Origin: Camelus ferus
Lineage: Eukaryota
Direction: 5' to 3'
Assembly (NCBI RefSeq): GCF_009834535.1
Contig: NC_045697.1
Coordinates: 105,960,001-106,024,000, forward strand
Length of the DNA: 64,000 nt
The position numbers and the translations under genes are program-made. This document shows, in pieces, positions 12,125 to 23,816 of the stretch; position 1 is the stretch's first letter, and every line of letters begins with the position of its first letter. Under the pieces are notes generated by a model, which had not been told where the DNA came from, made no database searches, and was given only the letters and a program-made list of their open reading frames with translations.

Positions 12125-14492
12125 ATGCTAGAGGTCACTTTTGAAAGCTTTTTGAAATGAAGAGAAATACAATAATCTCTGCAAATAATTTCTATTTTCC
12201 TGATTCATATCTAATGATTCATTAAAGTAAATCTTGTACTTAGAGTTGTAGCAGTAGAAAATTGAATAAAGCATTGGTAATGACAAAAATTTATTAATAT
12301 AATTTAATTTACCTGGAAAGTGACTATTTCTAAGGAAAAGAAAGCAATCTACTTCAGACTGATAGCAAAGAGTAAATCTCTGTATGTTTCACATTTCAAG
12401 CTTAATTCTTTAGGACCTAAATTTTATTATGGAAGAAACTTACCTGAAGTGTTATTTGATTAGAGAGAGAGAGACTTTCCGTTTTACCATCTTCCCAAAC
12501 ATTACGTGATAGCAGAGTCTTTCCAAAATAATTCTACTTAATCATTTTTATGAGAATTAAGCTGCCAAACTTTTCATCAAATAGCAACTAAAAATTGGAA
12601 AAATGCAGACTTTGTGGTCACATTTAATTTAGTGTCCTACAAAAAAAAAAGAAGAAGAAGAATATTATGTAAAGGCTACATTTACACATGCAAAGCAAAC
12701 AAAGGAAATGGGGCTATTTTCCTGGTAGTCTGTACTGACATCAAATTTAACCTTGAGATACCTGGAATGAAATGTATTATGGTGGAAAGTAGTTGAGAAA
12801 TTAGCCCCAATTCCTTGCTTTATTCAAAGGAAATAATACCTATTTCACTTCACTTCAACCAGAATTACTTGTTTTGGTCTTATGCTAAGGGAAAAGAAAA
12901 GAAAAGAAAAGAAAAAAAAAACTACAGAAGGAATAGCTAAACACTTCAGGAATTAAGAAACCTATTAATTGCTGTTTTTAGAGAGAGTTTGTTGGAAATC
13001 ACAAATTTGAGTCACAGTCAACGTTGAGAAACATTTCTGCAGAAAGATTACATTTCTCTATGAATCTAATCTGGAATAACCTGACGGTTTAACTGTGGCT
13101 AAGAGCTCTCTTCTGTTGAATGGCGTTTTGCTAACCAGCTGCCTTTTTTGAGGTAGAAAACTGAAACTTTGAATAACACACTGGGAAGATATGAACAGTC
13201 AAAACATCGTAAAAGGCCTCAATCTAATTTTTATCTTCCTGTCATCCTGGGTGTGTTCCCTGAGAGACAAGAGTGAAGACTGCAGAGGGAAAACTCTCAC
13301 AGGATGTTTTACTCTTACCTTTTACACTAAATTGTTTTTTGACAGCTAGCATAGGGCTTTGTCCCTCCTCTTCTGAGGAATCATGTTCTTAAAGAATGTG
13401 TGAGCCTAGAAGTATAAGGCAGGATTTTTCTTTAAGCAGATAATGAACACAGAGCCACACGGAAGCCCACGGTCACAGATAATGGAAAATACACCATAGG
13501 CATTTTCATTGCCTTTATGTTTTTAATGACGTCTTCATTGCCTCTCATTGGGTTTTTGTTTTGTTTTCTTTGTACAGTTGCTTGTGTTTCCTGTTCTTTG
13601 CCATTTGCTTTCAGGCTGGCAGGAGAATGTCCATAAAATATCTTAATGGCCCCCTGCAGGGCTTCTGTCATGAAGGATCTGCTAATGTTTCTATTATGAC
13701 CCTGGTCTCAAAGATCTTTATATCACAGTCATCTTAATTTGCATTAGACCATGGGGAACATGTCACATAGGTCAGTCCTGGGAGCAATATTTTTTGGTAC
13801 ATTTGAAAAAAATTACAGTTTGAATTCCTCGGCAGCTCTGTAGATGTAGAGTGCTGAATCTACTTATGGTAGCATTTGCTGGGGTTTTAGTTGAGTAACT
13901 GCCATAAAGCTTAATTGAAATTACCTGAATGGAGCCTCAGGTGATGCTTTGGAAACAGAGACTAACACTGCAATTGTCTTGTTCTCTTTTCACCTCTTCT
14001 TTCATCTTCAACTCTTGTGCTGCCACCGATTAGCTGGAACGGCATCTTATAGATGAGGTGGGATGACATAATAATTAAAAACAAGTTTTACCTTGGTTTG
14101 ATAAAGAATCCCAATATAAATACAAGACAAAGCAGTTGTTTTGAAATGGCAGGGTGACAGAGGGTAGTGATGATAATAGATGCAAGTGGCCATGAAGACA
14201 GACACTGTCCCAGCATGGTGGGCTCACACTGGACTCGGAGTCGAAGGAAGGGCAAACACCACACTGAAAACTATTTGCAATCCATCTCCTTGGTGTAAAG
14301 CTTCATCTCAGTATTTTGAAAGTTTCATTTAAATATTGAATCAAAGGATCAAGAGAGAACTAGAGAAATGGAAGGAAAAGATTCCAGTAATGTCAAAATA
14401 TATAGTTTGTTTAAAATTTTAAAAATATTTAGCATTCAATTATTTTTAAGCCTTCCCAACCATCTTCTGAATCATGGAAAAGATTATTATAT

Positions 14493-14679
14493 ATAAAGTG
14501 GATTTAAAAAACCAAATTTCATCTGTATAGCACAGGGAACTATATTCAATATCTTATAGTAACCTATAATGAAAGAGAATATGAAAATGAATATATGTAT
14601 GCATATGGATGACTGAAACACTATGCTGTACACTAGAAATTGACACATTGTAACTGACTATACTTCAATTTAAAAAAAA
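14493..14679 (+). mobile_element. Short L1 3' UTR end
   Basis: 'ctgtatagcacagggaactatattcaatatctt...gtaactgactatacttcaatt' plus an A tail; TSD gaaaagatt(at/tc)tatat at 14477-14492 and 14680-14695. Confidence 0.9.
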
Positions 14680-14724
14680 GAAAAGATTTCTATATTCAAG
14701 ATAAGTAAATGAATGATTGCCTGG

Positions 14725-14930
14725 CAGCAGGGACTTTGCAGATAGACCTGGACTTGAATCTTGTTGTACTTTTCTCTAGAGGAGGGTTTGGGGCAAGTTA
14801 CTCAATTTTGTGGAGCCTCGGTTATGAACCTTGCATAAAGGGAATACAGCGTGATCTTTACAGGACCATTGTAAGGGGTCAATGAGATTTTTATACAGCT
14901 TCACACAATCCTAGTACAAAGAAGACATGT
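14725..14930 (+). mobile_element. MIR SINE
   Basis: 'agacctggacttgaatcttg', 'ttggggcaagttactcaatt...gagcctcggtt', 'cattgtaaggggtcaatgaga'. Confidence 0.65.
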
Positions 14931-15148
14931 AGGATGGTCCTTCCTCTATTTTATTTCTCTGAGAATATGGGACTTAATAGCAAAGATAAAATTAAAATAT
15001 GAGTGTTTTGACCTTTGACCTGAATTTGTGACACTCCAGACCTTGCTCCTTACAATTAAATGCACCAAGTATTCTCACATAATTTTACTTTAACTTATTT
15101 ACTCTCTAATCCAGTTAGAAAGGATTCTAGTTGAAGAAACATGATCTA

Positions 15149-15461
15149 ATGAGGTTAGTGATCTCGCACTGAGATCACCCTAGATTATCCAGGTGGGCCT
15201 TAAATTCAATGGCAGGAGTCCTTATACGAGACAGAAGAGTTGACACAGACACAGGAGAAGAAGCCCAGGTGAAGACTCAAGACAGAGGTTGGAGTTATGC
15301 AGCCACAAACCGTGAGTGCAAACTGGAGGAGGCAAGGAACGATTCTTCCCTAGAGCTTCAGAAGGGGCACAACCCTCCCAACATCTGGATTTCAGACTTC
15401 CAGTCTAAAGAAATGTAACAGAATAAATTTCTATCATTTTAAACTAAAAAAGATAGAAAGA
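15149..15461 (+). mobile_element. MLT1C LTR fragment with retrocopy (L1-type) hallmarks
   Basis: MLT1C body 'gagatcaccctagattatccaggtgggccttaaattcaatg...gatttcagacttccagtct...aataaatttct'; AATAAA at 15422-15427; A-rich tail; exact TSD aagaaacatgatcta at 15134-15148 and 15462-15476. Confidence 0.85.
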
Positions 15462-16033
15462 AAGAAACATGATCTAGAACAAAGTATTACCTGGATAACA
15501 CAACAATATATGATGTCAGGAAAGGAAACTTCTTTCCTTCCAAATGACCTTGGAAAATACTAGGAGAATTAGAAACATTAGTACTGTCTGCCAGAAGTCA
15601 TGGAACAAAACTGTGTAGAATCTATTTGCAAAGTCTCACAGAAAGCAGAGGTCTAGACTGTGATAATTGAAGGAGACTGAGTTAACCTACATGGTTAATA
15701 ACACACTATGACCTTTCCTTCTTGATATGGAACTCCCGTTCTTGTGAGTTAGTTATTTGACCTTATTAGCCTTTTTATAGTCAGAACATCTGACAGATGT
15801 GTTCTTAGGACACGCTCAAATTATAGTGTAACTATATGTCTCTGTTTGCCTGAGACAGTCTCTGTTTAGGTTTGTTATCCTAGCGTAATTATTAATAGTT
15901 CACCTTTTCACTCTCAAAAGGTCCATATTCAGGAGATAAATTATATTGTTATTGGAGAACAGGTTCTTGTCTCGTTGCAGAAAGAATTCAGAAATAAAAC
16001 ATGGAGGTCAAGAAAGCAAAGCAAGGATTTATT

Positions 16034-16534
16034 CAAAACTACCAGTCATACCAGTCAGAATGGCCATCAATAAAAAGTCCACAAATGATAAATGCTGGAG
16101 AGGGTGTGCAGAAAAGGGAACCCTCCTACACTGCTGGTGGGAATGCAGTTTGGTGCAGCCACTGTGGAAAACAGTACAGAGATTCCTCAAAAGACTAAAA
16201 ATAGACTTAGCCTATGATCCAGCAATCCCACTCCTGGGCATATATCCAGAGGGAACTCTAATTCAAAAAGACACCTGCACCCCAGTGTTCACAGCAACAC
16301 TATTTACAATAGCCAAGACATGACGCAACCTAAATGTCCATCAACAGATAACTGGATAAAGAAGTTATGGTGTATACAATGGAATACTATTCACTGATAA
16401 AAAATAATGCAATAATGTCATTTGCAGCAACATGGATGGATCTGAAGACTGTCATTTTAAGTGAAGTAAGCCAGAAAGAGAAAGAAAAGCACCATATGAC
16501 ATCACTCGTATGTAGAATCTTTAAAAAAAAAAAA
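16034..16534 (+). mobile_element. L1 fragment (ORF2 C-terminus, no 3' UTR) inserted in the LTR
   Basis: Translation [38 protein letters not shown]...YDPAIPLLGIYP is the L1 ORF2 C-terminal region; TSD aaagcaa(g/a)gatttatt at 16018-16033 and 16535-16550. Confidence 0.95.
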
Positions 16535-16926
16535 AAAGCAAAGATTTATTAAGGGATAGATAGTACACTCTCAAGGGGATAGTGGGGCAGACCCAGGTGG
16601 GTAGTCCGAATTTCTTTGGTAAGCTGGTTATATGAGCTATAAAAATGAATGGGCAGAATATTCATTGGTGGGGAGGGGGTTGGGAGTCATCTTTCCCAAT
16701 CTTCATCCCAGCTCCACCTTCCCAAGTAGAGGAGGGATTTTTTTCATCCTGATTTAGTCTTGATCAGGAAGTTTGATGACGGGCATAATGACCAAAAGAC
16801 CAAAAGGTTATGTTCCAATGGTGGAGATTCCTGTCCTTGTCCCACCATTCTTTATCTGCCCTCCAGGACACTTGTGAACCCAAAATGTGTGGTTTCTTTT
16901 CAGTCCTGGAGGCTCCTGCTTTTCTT

Positions 16927-17115
16927 TCTTTCATTTTTTTTTTAATTGAAGTATAGTCAGTTTGCAATGTGTTAATTTATGGTGTACAGCATAGTGATTC
17001 AGTTTTACATATATATATATATATTCCCTTTTCATATTCTTTTTCATTATAAGGCCCTTACAAGGTATTGAGTAGTTCCCTGTTCTCTACAGTATGACCT
17101 TGATGTTTATCTAGT
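16927..17115 (-). mobile_element. Short L1 3' UTR end inserted in the LTR
   Basis: 'ttttttaattgaagtatagtcagtttgcaatgtg'; exact TSD tcctgcttttctt at 16914-16926 and 17116-17128. Confidence 0.92.
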
Positions 17116-17847
17116 TCCTGCTTTTCTTGGTCTGCCCAGGGACCCCTGTTGTTCACAAGATGTATGGTTTCCTCCCATTTGGCCCGTGTTCCCCTTTCTC
17201 TGCTTAAATCCAGCTACCTGCCTGCCCTAACAATATGGTCACTCTACTTGTTAAGGACAGGATCTCCTGTCATGAGACTAGGTCGGGTTCTGCCATAACC
17301 CTTAACCCCACAGCAGGCTCTCTAAGTTCATTACTCCTGGTTGCAATTCAACTCCCAGAGAAACTAGGGCTCTTTGTGAAATGGAGTGTGAAACTGAGAA
17401 TGACTACCAATTGGTACCCAAAAAAGAGTGGTGTGTAGGAGCAGAAGGAGGAGAACCACAGTGGGATACATACACTAAACCAAAACTAAAGCATTTACAT
17501 TTTTAAGCTATTTCCACTCCTCAGTGGAACGATAATAAACAGTGGGAAGCAGAGCATCCAGACTTAGCATCCAGATGCTGGAAGTCCGTTTCTGGTGTTG
17601 GACCCAGCTCCATACTCAAAGCCCCAGCTCTGCAGTGTATTTGCAATTGTTGACAAAGTTGTCACTGCTGTTACCTTCACAGCTACATCACTTAGTATTT
17701 TGGGCCATTTAAATTAAAGTTCTGGGAAGACTTTCTTTAGACTGATCCTGAGATAATTTATCATATGTTGCATTATTTCAGTGTAATTGGTTGTTTGTCT
17801 TAACTTCTTGGAGCAAATAGTTTAACTCCTGTACACCAGTCGAAGGG

Positions 17848-17921
17848 TTAGGTTGACCTGTATGGAATTGTTGCTCAAAGCACTTTGACTTCAAAGCTTA
17901 ATTCCATCTAGTTGAGCCTAA
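17848..17921. mobile_element. MADE2-like mariner-derived MITE
   Basis: About 75-bp quasi-palindrome 'ttaggttgacctgtatggaatt...aattccatctagttgagcctaa'. Confidence 0.7.
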
Positions 17922-18037
17922 TGTAATTGTAATAACTTAGGAAAAGGGGGAGAGAGTGCTTAATTTAGCATGGGAACAACCTTGAAGCATGACAGAGAGA
18001 GAGAGGAGGAAACAGGTGAAAGTCACTCAGCAAACAT

Positions 18038-18144
18038 TTTCTCTCTCTTTCTCTCTTTCTCTTTCTCTCTTTCTCTCTTTCTTTTTCTTTCTCTCTTTCT
18101 TTCTCCCTTTCTTTCTTTCCTTTCTTTTCTTTCTATCTTTCTTC
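18038..18144. repeat. CT/CTTT-rich low-complexity polypyrimidine tract
   Basis: Direct reading. Confidence 0.9.
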
Positions 18145-18149
18145 CATGT

Positions 18150-18275
18150 ACAGTTGATTTACAATGTTCCAACAAACATTTTTTGAGCACCTACTTTCAC
18201 ATGCCAAGGAACTGTCCCAGGTGCTTGAGATCAAACTGGGACTAAAAATTGACATTTCTCCCTCCCCTCGTCTAC
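18150..18275 (-). mobile_element. L2 3' end fragment
   Basis: 'caacaaacattttttgagcacctac...tgccaaggaactgtcccaggtgcttgaga'. Confidence 0.7.
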
Positions 18276-19972
18276 GGCACGGTCTATGGAGAACATAAGT
18301 TAAGAGCTCATTATCTAGGTATCAGTCTTGTTTTTAAAGGTAAATTCTGATCAAGCAGCTTATCTTCTTCCTTTTGTTTTGTATTTTCCACCTTGTTTCC
18401 TTTCTAGCTTATGTTTTCTTCTCATTCCAGAACATTTTCATGTTGATTTGTGACCATCTTCCTTCCCCCATCTGAAAGCCTGACTTCCTATTGCTCTAAA
18501 GCACCTGTTTTACTATCTCATGTCTGATTCCTGTTTGAGGTCTGTGCCTTTTTCTCCCCAAAGCACCAATATGTAAGCTTCTTAAGGACACAGCATGTGA
18601 ATTATTCATCTTAATTAATCTGTCCGGGACTTAGTATATTCCTGCCCTTATACATTGCTCTGTAAATTCTCTTTAAAGGGACTCATGTGCATTGCATACT
18701 GGTGATGATCCCTGGACCGGTGTCAAAGCCTCCCAATGTGGTCCCACTGCTAACAGAGGTCTGGCCATTGCCTACTCACTTCCAGAAACTCAATACCGTC
18801 ACTGGACATCCCATTTTGTGATCAACTAAAATACTTTGCTTTTCTCATGTATGTGTGGCCTCAGTCTTTTTTTTTTAATGGTAATATTAGTGTGGATGAT
18901 TTTTTATGGTTTAGAAGAGGAAGAAGGAAAACAGTTTTGCAATTTGACTCAGTGTTTGCCCCTTTTTTATACAATCATCCAAGAGATAGAAAATTATACC
19001 AAATGATATTAAACGTGATGAAATCTTTCTGTAAAAAGCTCCTGGGACCCTAAACTATTTTTCTCCTTCCTCTTTTCCTGAGAGGAGACCTTGAATCTGG
19101 AGCCTGAAGGTCACTCTTGGTTGCCCTAAGATGTCAGGGGAAGATGAGGATAGCCAAGCTGGAAGGTCACCAAGATACTTGCTAATGTACAATTTGTCTT
19201 GCTTCCTGCATTTCACAATTTCTAAAACATCACACCCACTTAAATAACATAATAAAATACACAGCAATTCACTCCTTAATACAAATGGGAATCCACCTAT
19301 ACATATATATATATATGGAGGGGGAACTCTGTACACACAAAATACAAATTTCATTGCATTTTGCTTTGAATTTGAGAAAACATATAAATATTGATATATT
19401 CAATTACAGCTGTGTTCCATATTTATGCATGTACATTACTTAATATAGATTATATATGTATATAATATATATGGCCAGTGTATTCAAACAGCTTATTGCT
19501 TGAACTAATTCTATTAATAAATGTACATATTGTCCTCTAAAGACACTATTCCTAATGAAGCTTTTAAAACACACATAAGTAGTGGTTTTTGAAGAGGCTT
19601 AATGTGTTTCATGTAGAGTCCTTCCCAAAAGAATCATCACAGAGCTACTCCAAAATGGAAGGAAACCAAAATCTACAGTTCTGGGTTGAGGAATGGAAGA
19701 CTTTTCACAAAATTAGCGTCTGTCCTCAGCACAGAACCGTCCCTAGTTCCCCTGGTAGAATCGAAGGCTAGTGGGTGCCATCAAGCAAAGGCACCGTATC
19801 CTGGGGTTTTACTCTGTTCTTGGCTGGCATTTGGGTGAAAGGCATTAACGTGACTCACAAAGCCATCACTCAGTGGTCTAAGAATAACCAGCTGAGGTCT
19901 AGTAGTAAATTCTATTGTGGTGCCTGGAGAATGTATTTTAAATGGTTCTATACTCAGAGCACCAATAGTGTG

Positions 19973-20474
19973 GGGGTTTTCTTGGCAAATACATTTTTTT
20001 TCACATTTTTTATTGAGTTATAGTCATTTTACAATGTTGTGTCAAATTCCAGTGTACAGCACAATTTTTCAGTTATACATGAACATCCATATATTCATTG
20101 TCACATTTTTTTCACTGTGAGCTGCCACAAGATCTTGTGTATATTTCCCTGTGCTATACAGTATAATCTTGTTTATCTGTTCTACATTTTGAAATCCCAG
20201 TCTGTCCCTTCCCACCCCCCGCCCCCTTGGCAACCACAAGTTTGTATTCTATGTCTATGAGTCTGTCTCTGTTTTGTATTTCTGTTCTTTTTTTTAAGAT
20301 TCCTCATATAAGCGATCTCATATGAAATTTTTCTTTCTGTTTCTGGCTTACTTCACTTAGAATGACATTCTCCAGGAACATTCATGTTGCTGCAAATGGC
20401 GTTATGTTGTTGTTTTTTTATGGCTGAATAGTATTCCATTGTATAAATATACCACATCTTCTTTATCCAGTCAT
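19973..20474 (-). mobile_element. Young (probably camelid-specific) L1 3' end
   Basis: 'ttttttattgagttatagtcattttacaatgttgtgtcaaattccagtg'; minus-strand ...WIKKMWYIYTMEYYSAIKK; exact TSD accaatagtgtg at 19961-19972 and 20475-20486. Confidence 0.93.
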
Positions 20475-20789
20475 ACCAATAGTGTGATTTGAAAGGTATT
20501 TCTCTCCTCCTATACCGTGAGCTCAGAGAGGTCCCAGAACCTGTGCACATCCTGACTGCTTGGTGTCTCTTGGCACCAGGACAGTACTCAGCCCAGAGTA
20601 TGTTACTAATCAATGTTTGTAAGCTTCATTTAACTCCATGCGGAAAACGAGTCTATCTTAATTTTCATTATAATCTTAAATTAGCTTTCCCTCTCCCTGA
20701 AGGAGAGAAAGTTTATACATGGAGGGAAATGAGAGTAACATGGGAGGAAATAAGATAATCAGATTTATAATTATTTCAGTCTGAGCTGG

Positions 20790-20940
20790 TAACTACTAAG
20801 TGCTTATTAATAGTCCAGGCAATTTCCTAGATAGGTAGGCACTCATTTATCCCATCTGACAGATGAGAAAACTGAGGCATGGGAAGTGGTAGAGCCAGGA
20901 TTTGACCCAGGTAATCTAATTACAGAGCCTGAACTTGTAA
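20790..20940 (-). mobile_element. MIR SINE
   Basis: 'cccatctgacagatgagaaaactgaggca', 'gtggtagagccaggatttgacccagg'. Confidence 0.85.
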
Positions 20941-21546
20941 GAGTCAGTTTCATCCAGAATATTATGATATCAAGCTAAGTTATAAAGACACTAAGTGAAA
21001 GGGAAAAGGTTTAAAAGAATATTTGCAAATTTTGCAAATGAGTGTAATACTGAAAATAAAAAAGCGAAGTCTAGGATTTGATGATAGTAACTGGGTTTAA
21101 ATGCTTTTTACTGGGGTTAATCAAGTATAACCAACTCAGCACTGCAGGTGGACTATGTACCCGTTAGCACTTGACGTGAGCACACGTGTCTACTCATTCG
21201 ACAGATATCGGAAGTCACCGTGCGCAAGGCAACCTGCTGGTGGTGTGGGTGGGACGTACTATGGCAATCAAGCCACTCTCAGACCTGTTGGGCAGGGAGA
21301 GGTGATGCCAAAGACCAGTGCAGACAGCAGGATGTGTTTTGGGAAAAGGACAGAGTTGTTCCTTGGTGGGACCTGGATGTGTGGAGATTGAGGGACAACT
21401 TGCAGCAAGAAAGCAAGGACATTTGAGGGAAACAGAGAATAATATGCTTCAACTGGTACGCTGAGTGCATGAAGCAGATGACGGATTTGTGAGATACTAT
21501 CCCTATTGGTGAAAGCCTTGAATGACAAGACAGGGCAAAGAAGTGA

Positions 21547-21603
21547 TGTGTGTGTGTGTGTGTGTGTGTGCATGTGTGAGTGTGTGTGTATGTGTGTGTG
21601 TGT
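21547..21603. repeat. Interrupted (TG)n microsatellite
   Basis: Direct reading. Confidence 0.95.
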
Positions 21604-21699
21604 TAGACACCACCATATCTTCTACTGCATTATCCTTCCATCATCCAGCCTCCTATCAACCTTCTATTTATTGTGATATGTGTGTAAAGACAAATGCAT

Positions 21700-21900
21700 C
21701 CAGTTGTGATGAAAAGAGCAAACGATTTGGCTTGAGATGGATCTCTCTTTAGCTCTGAGAGCTCAGAAAAATCATTTGATATCTCTGGATCCTGATTTCT
21801 TTAGCTGTGAAATTAGGATGATACTAACCTGCAGAATTATGATGAGGACTACATAAGGTCAAGCAGCAGTGTCCTTGATTCATAAATATTACTCAATCTA
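21700..21900 (+). mobile_element. MIR SINE (highly diverged)
   Basis: 'aaatcatttgatatctctggatcctgatttcttagctgtgaaattaggatgatactaacc'. Confidence 0.65.
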
Positions 21901-22849
21901 TATTATTTCTCTAAGAGTATTCAATATCATCCTTCAAGCAATGCAAAGCTACTCCAGATTTCTAGGCAAGGCAGGAGCACAGTTGATACTGTATCTTGGT
22001 TTTGATTTCTTTATAGAGCAGAATAGAGACGATTTTTTTTTTTACTTAACTAAAAAATTCATCAGTAGCTAGTGATATATATTATTCAGTGCTCTCTTTC
22101 TATGCTGTTGTTCAGATTTGAGGAACATGGGTCACTATGCAGTCACAGCCTAAGCATTGAGGCTTTAAGATCTGGTTTGGTGCCCTCACCCTAGACACAG
22201 GGACAGCTAGCCTTCTGAGAGTCTCAGAGGAATGAGTCCTGACTAGGAAACATTGCCCTGTTATTCAAATACTCTCCTCTACTTTTTTTTTTAACTGCTT
22301 CTTATTAACAAAAATGCCCATGGAAACTATGAAAAATAATAAGAGCAAAATACCCTTGGCCCACTTTGGTGGAGCCTTTTTTGGTTAACTGTTCCAGGCA
22401 CATGTCTCTAGTCAGGATGCATGGATGGTGACCGTCTATCCTGACTAAGAGTCTCCAGAATATCTAAGCGGAAAAAAAGGAGCAAGAGTCTCAGCATTAT
22501 AAACTGATTGCATGTTTGGGGGTCAAAGGAGAAAAAATCATGGCAGGGATGAAAAATTAGGACACATGAATATTACGGGAGAGGTAGACCTTTCTGTGAC
22601 AGTGATAAAATTTCCATATTCTGAATGCCTACTTTTCTATTTCCTCCCTGTATTTTGACTTCTAAGCATGCCTCAAAAGATTTGCCTCAATGTACTTCTT
22701 TTAGAGCCCAGTCCTCTGGGGATTTTAGGAGTTTATATTTCTCTTTCTTTCTTTTTCCTTTCTTTTCTTTCTTTTTTTTTTTTATGATTATGGCTTTAAG
22801 TTTTTAAGTTCCTGGAATTTTTTCTTCAGAATTGAATCAAGTAAGCCAC

Positions 22850-23250
22850 TTGCCAGTCCATGCATTTAGCCTGTCCAAGTCAGTGCAAGCACTCTTTTGT
22901 GACTGTCCCTTCCGCACCTAACTATCCCTATGTCAGCAGATTTCATCCTCTTAATGCAGGTGCCCTCTTCCAGGTCACTGATGAAGAAAGTGAACAAAAC
23001 GGTCTCCTAATATTTATCTCTGCAGCTCTCCATTAGTTAGCCCTGACCAGTCACCACTCCCAATTACCTTCAGTCTTAGTTATTCAAGCCATTTCTTCCC
23101 CTCACTTCAAATATCTCATTACCTCACACCATAATTACTGACCTTGTGAATCAGTTTGTCTGTACTCACTTATACTAAGAAATGTCTTAAATTCTAGGGA
23201 AGGTATATGTTCATGGCTCCTAGTTCTTCTAAAGGAAGGCTTTATGCCCC
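22850..23250 (-). mobile_element. Probable CR1/L3 fragment
   Basis: 'tcttccaggtcactgatgaagaaagtgaacaaaac' and 'ttattcaagccatt' resemble the antisense CR1 reverse-transcriptase region; very decayed. Confidence 0.5.
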
Positions 23251-23816
23251 TTGTTCACGATAATTATAACAGTTTTATAATGCATGGTCTCTTTTAGTCA
23301 ATCCACATAATCTCTCCATTTTAATTCACTAATTTTTGTATATACACTTAGTCTCTCCTGTTTCCCTTTTAGAAAAAAATTCTGATTTGGAGATTTGACT
23401 GTATCTGATTTTCTATACATAAGCTTTATAATTTAAAACCTAAGCATATATTTACAATATTTTCAATATATATTGATTTCATATTTCAAATGAAAATGCA
23501 TTTTATAAATTAATTATATTTGCCTGAATTGGCTACCAGGTTATGAAAAAAAAACACTGCTTTCTGAGAATCAAAATGCGTGGACCATGTGAAAGCTGTT
23601 GTCAGTGAGAGGTTTCCAAAGGTCAGGTTATAACTGAACAGCTACAAATTGCTTGAGTAGCTAAAAAACAATTTCTAAATTCTTAGTGACAAGTTCAGAG
23701 TGTTAACTTCTTTTTAAGAGATTACACTTTACCAGGTGACTAATCCAAGCCTAGGAATTGATAGTAAAAAAATTGATTTGAAAACCCTTTTTGTCTTTTT
23801 ATGTCTGAATAGAGCA

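Larger units (their letters stand above)
15947..17232 (-). mobile_element. ERV1-class solo LTR (about 570 bp net), interrupted by two L1 insertions
   Basis: TGTTA...TAACA inverted termini; 4-bp TSD ATAT at 15943-15946 and 17233-17236; minus-strand AATAAA (tttatt) near the left end. Confidence 0.85.
15824..17246. mobile_element. MER94 (hAT-Blackjack) split by an LTR: 15824-15946 and 17233-17246
   Basis: 'tagtgtaactatatgtctctgtttgcctgagacagtc...gtaattattaatag...ttcactctcaaaag...gataaattatat' rejoins 'ggtcactcta' after the LTR is removed. Confidence 0.8.

Noticed and set aside
15158..15178. Inverted repeat gtgatctc-gcact-gagatcac suggesting a twin-priming inversion
   Set aside because: The sequence aligns colinearly with my recollection of the MLT1C consensus (GGATCTCGAGATGAGATCATCC), so no inversion is needed.
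15946..16552. ORFs of 125 aa and 61 aa with real protein similarity
   Set aside because: These are L1 ORF2 C-terminal remnants with a stop and frameshift, fused by chance to LTR sequence. Not a host gene.
17970..18245. Phe/Leu/Ser-rich membrane-like ORFs
   Set aside because: They are translations of a CT/CTTT low-complexity tract.
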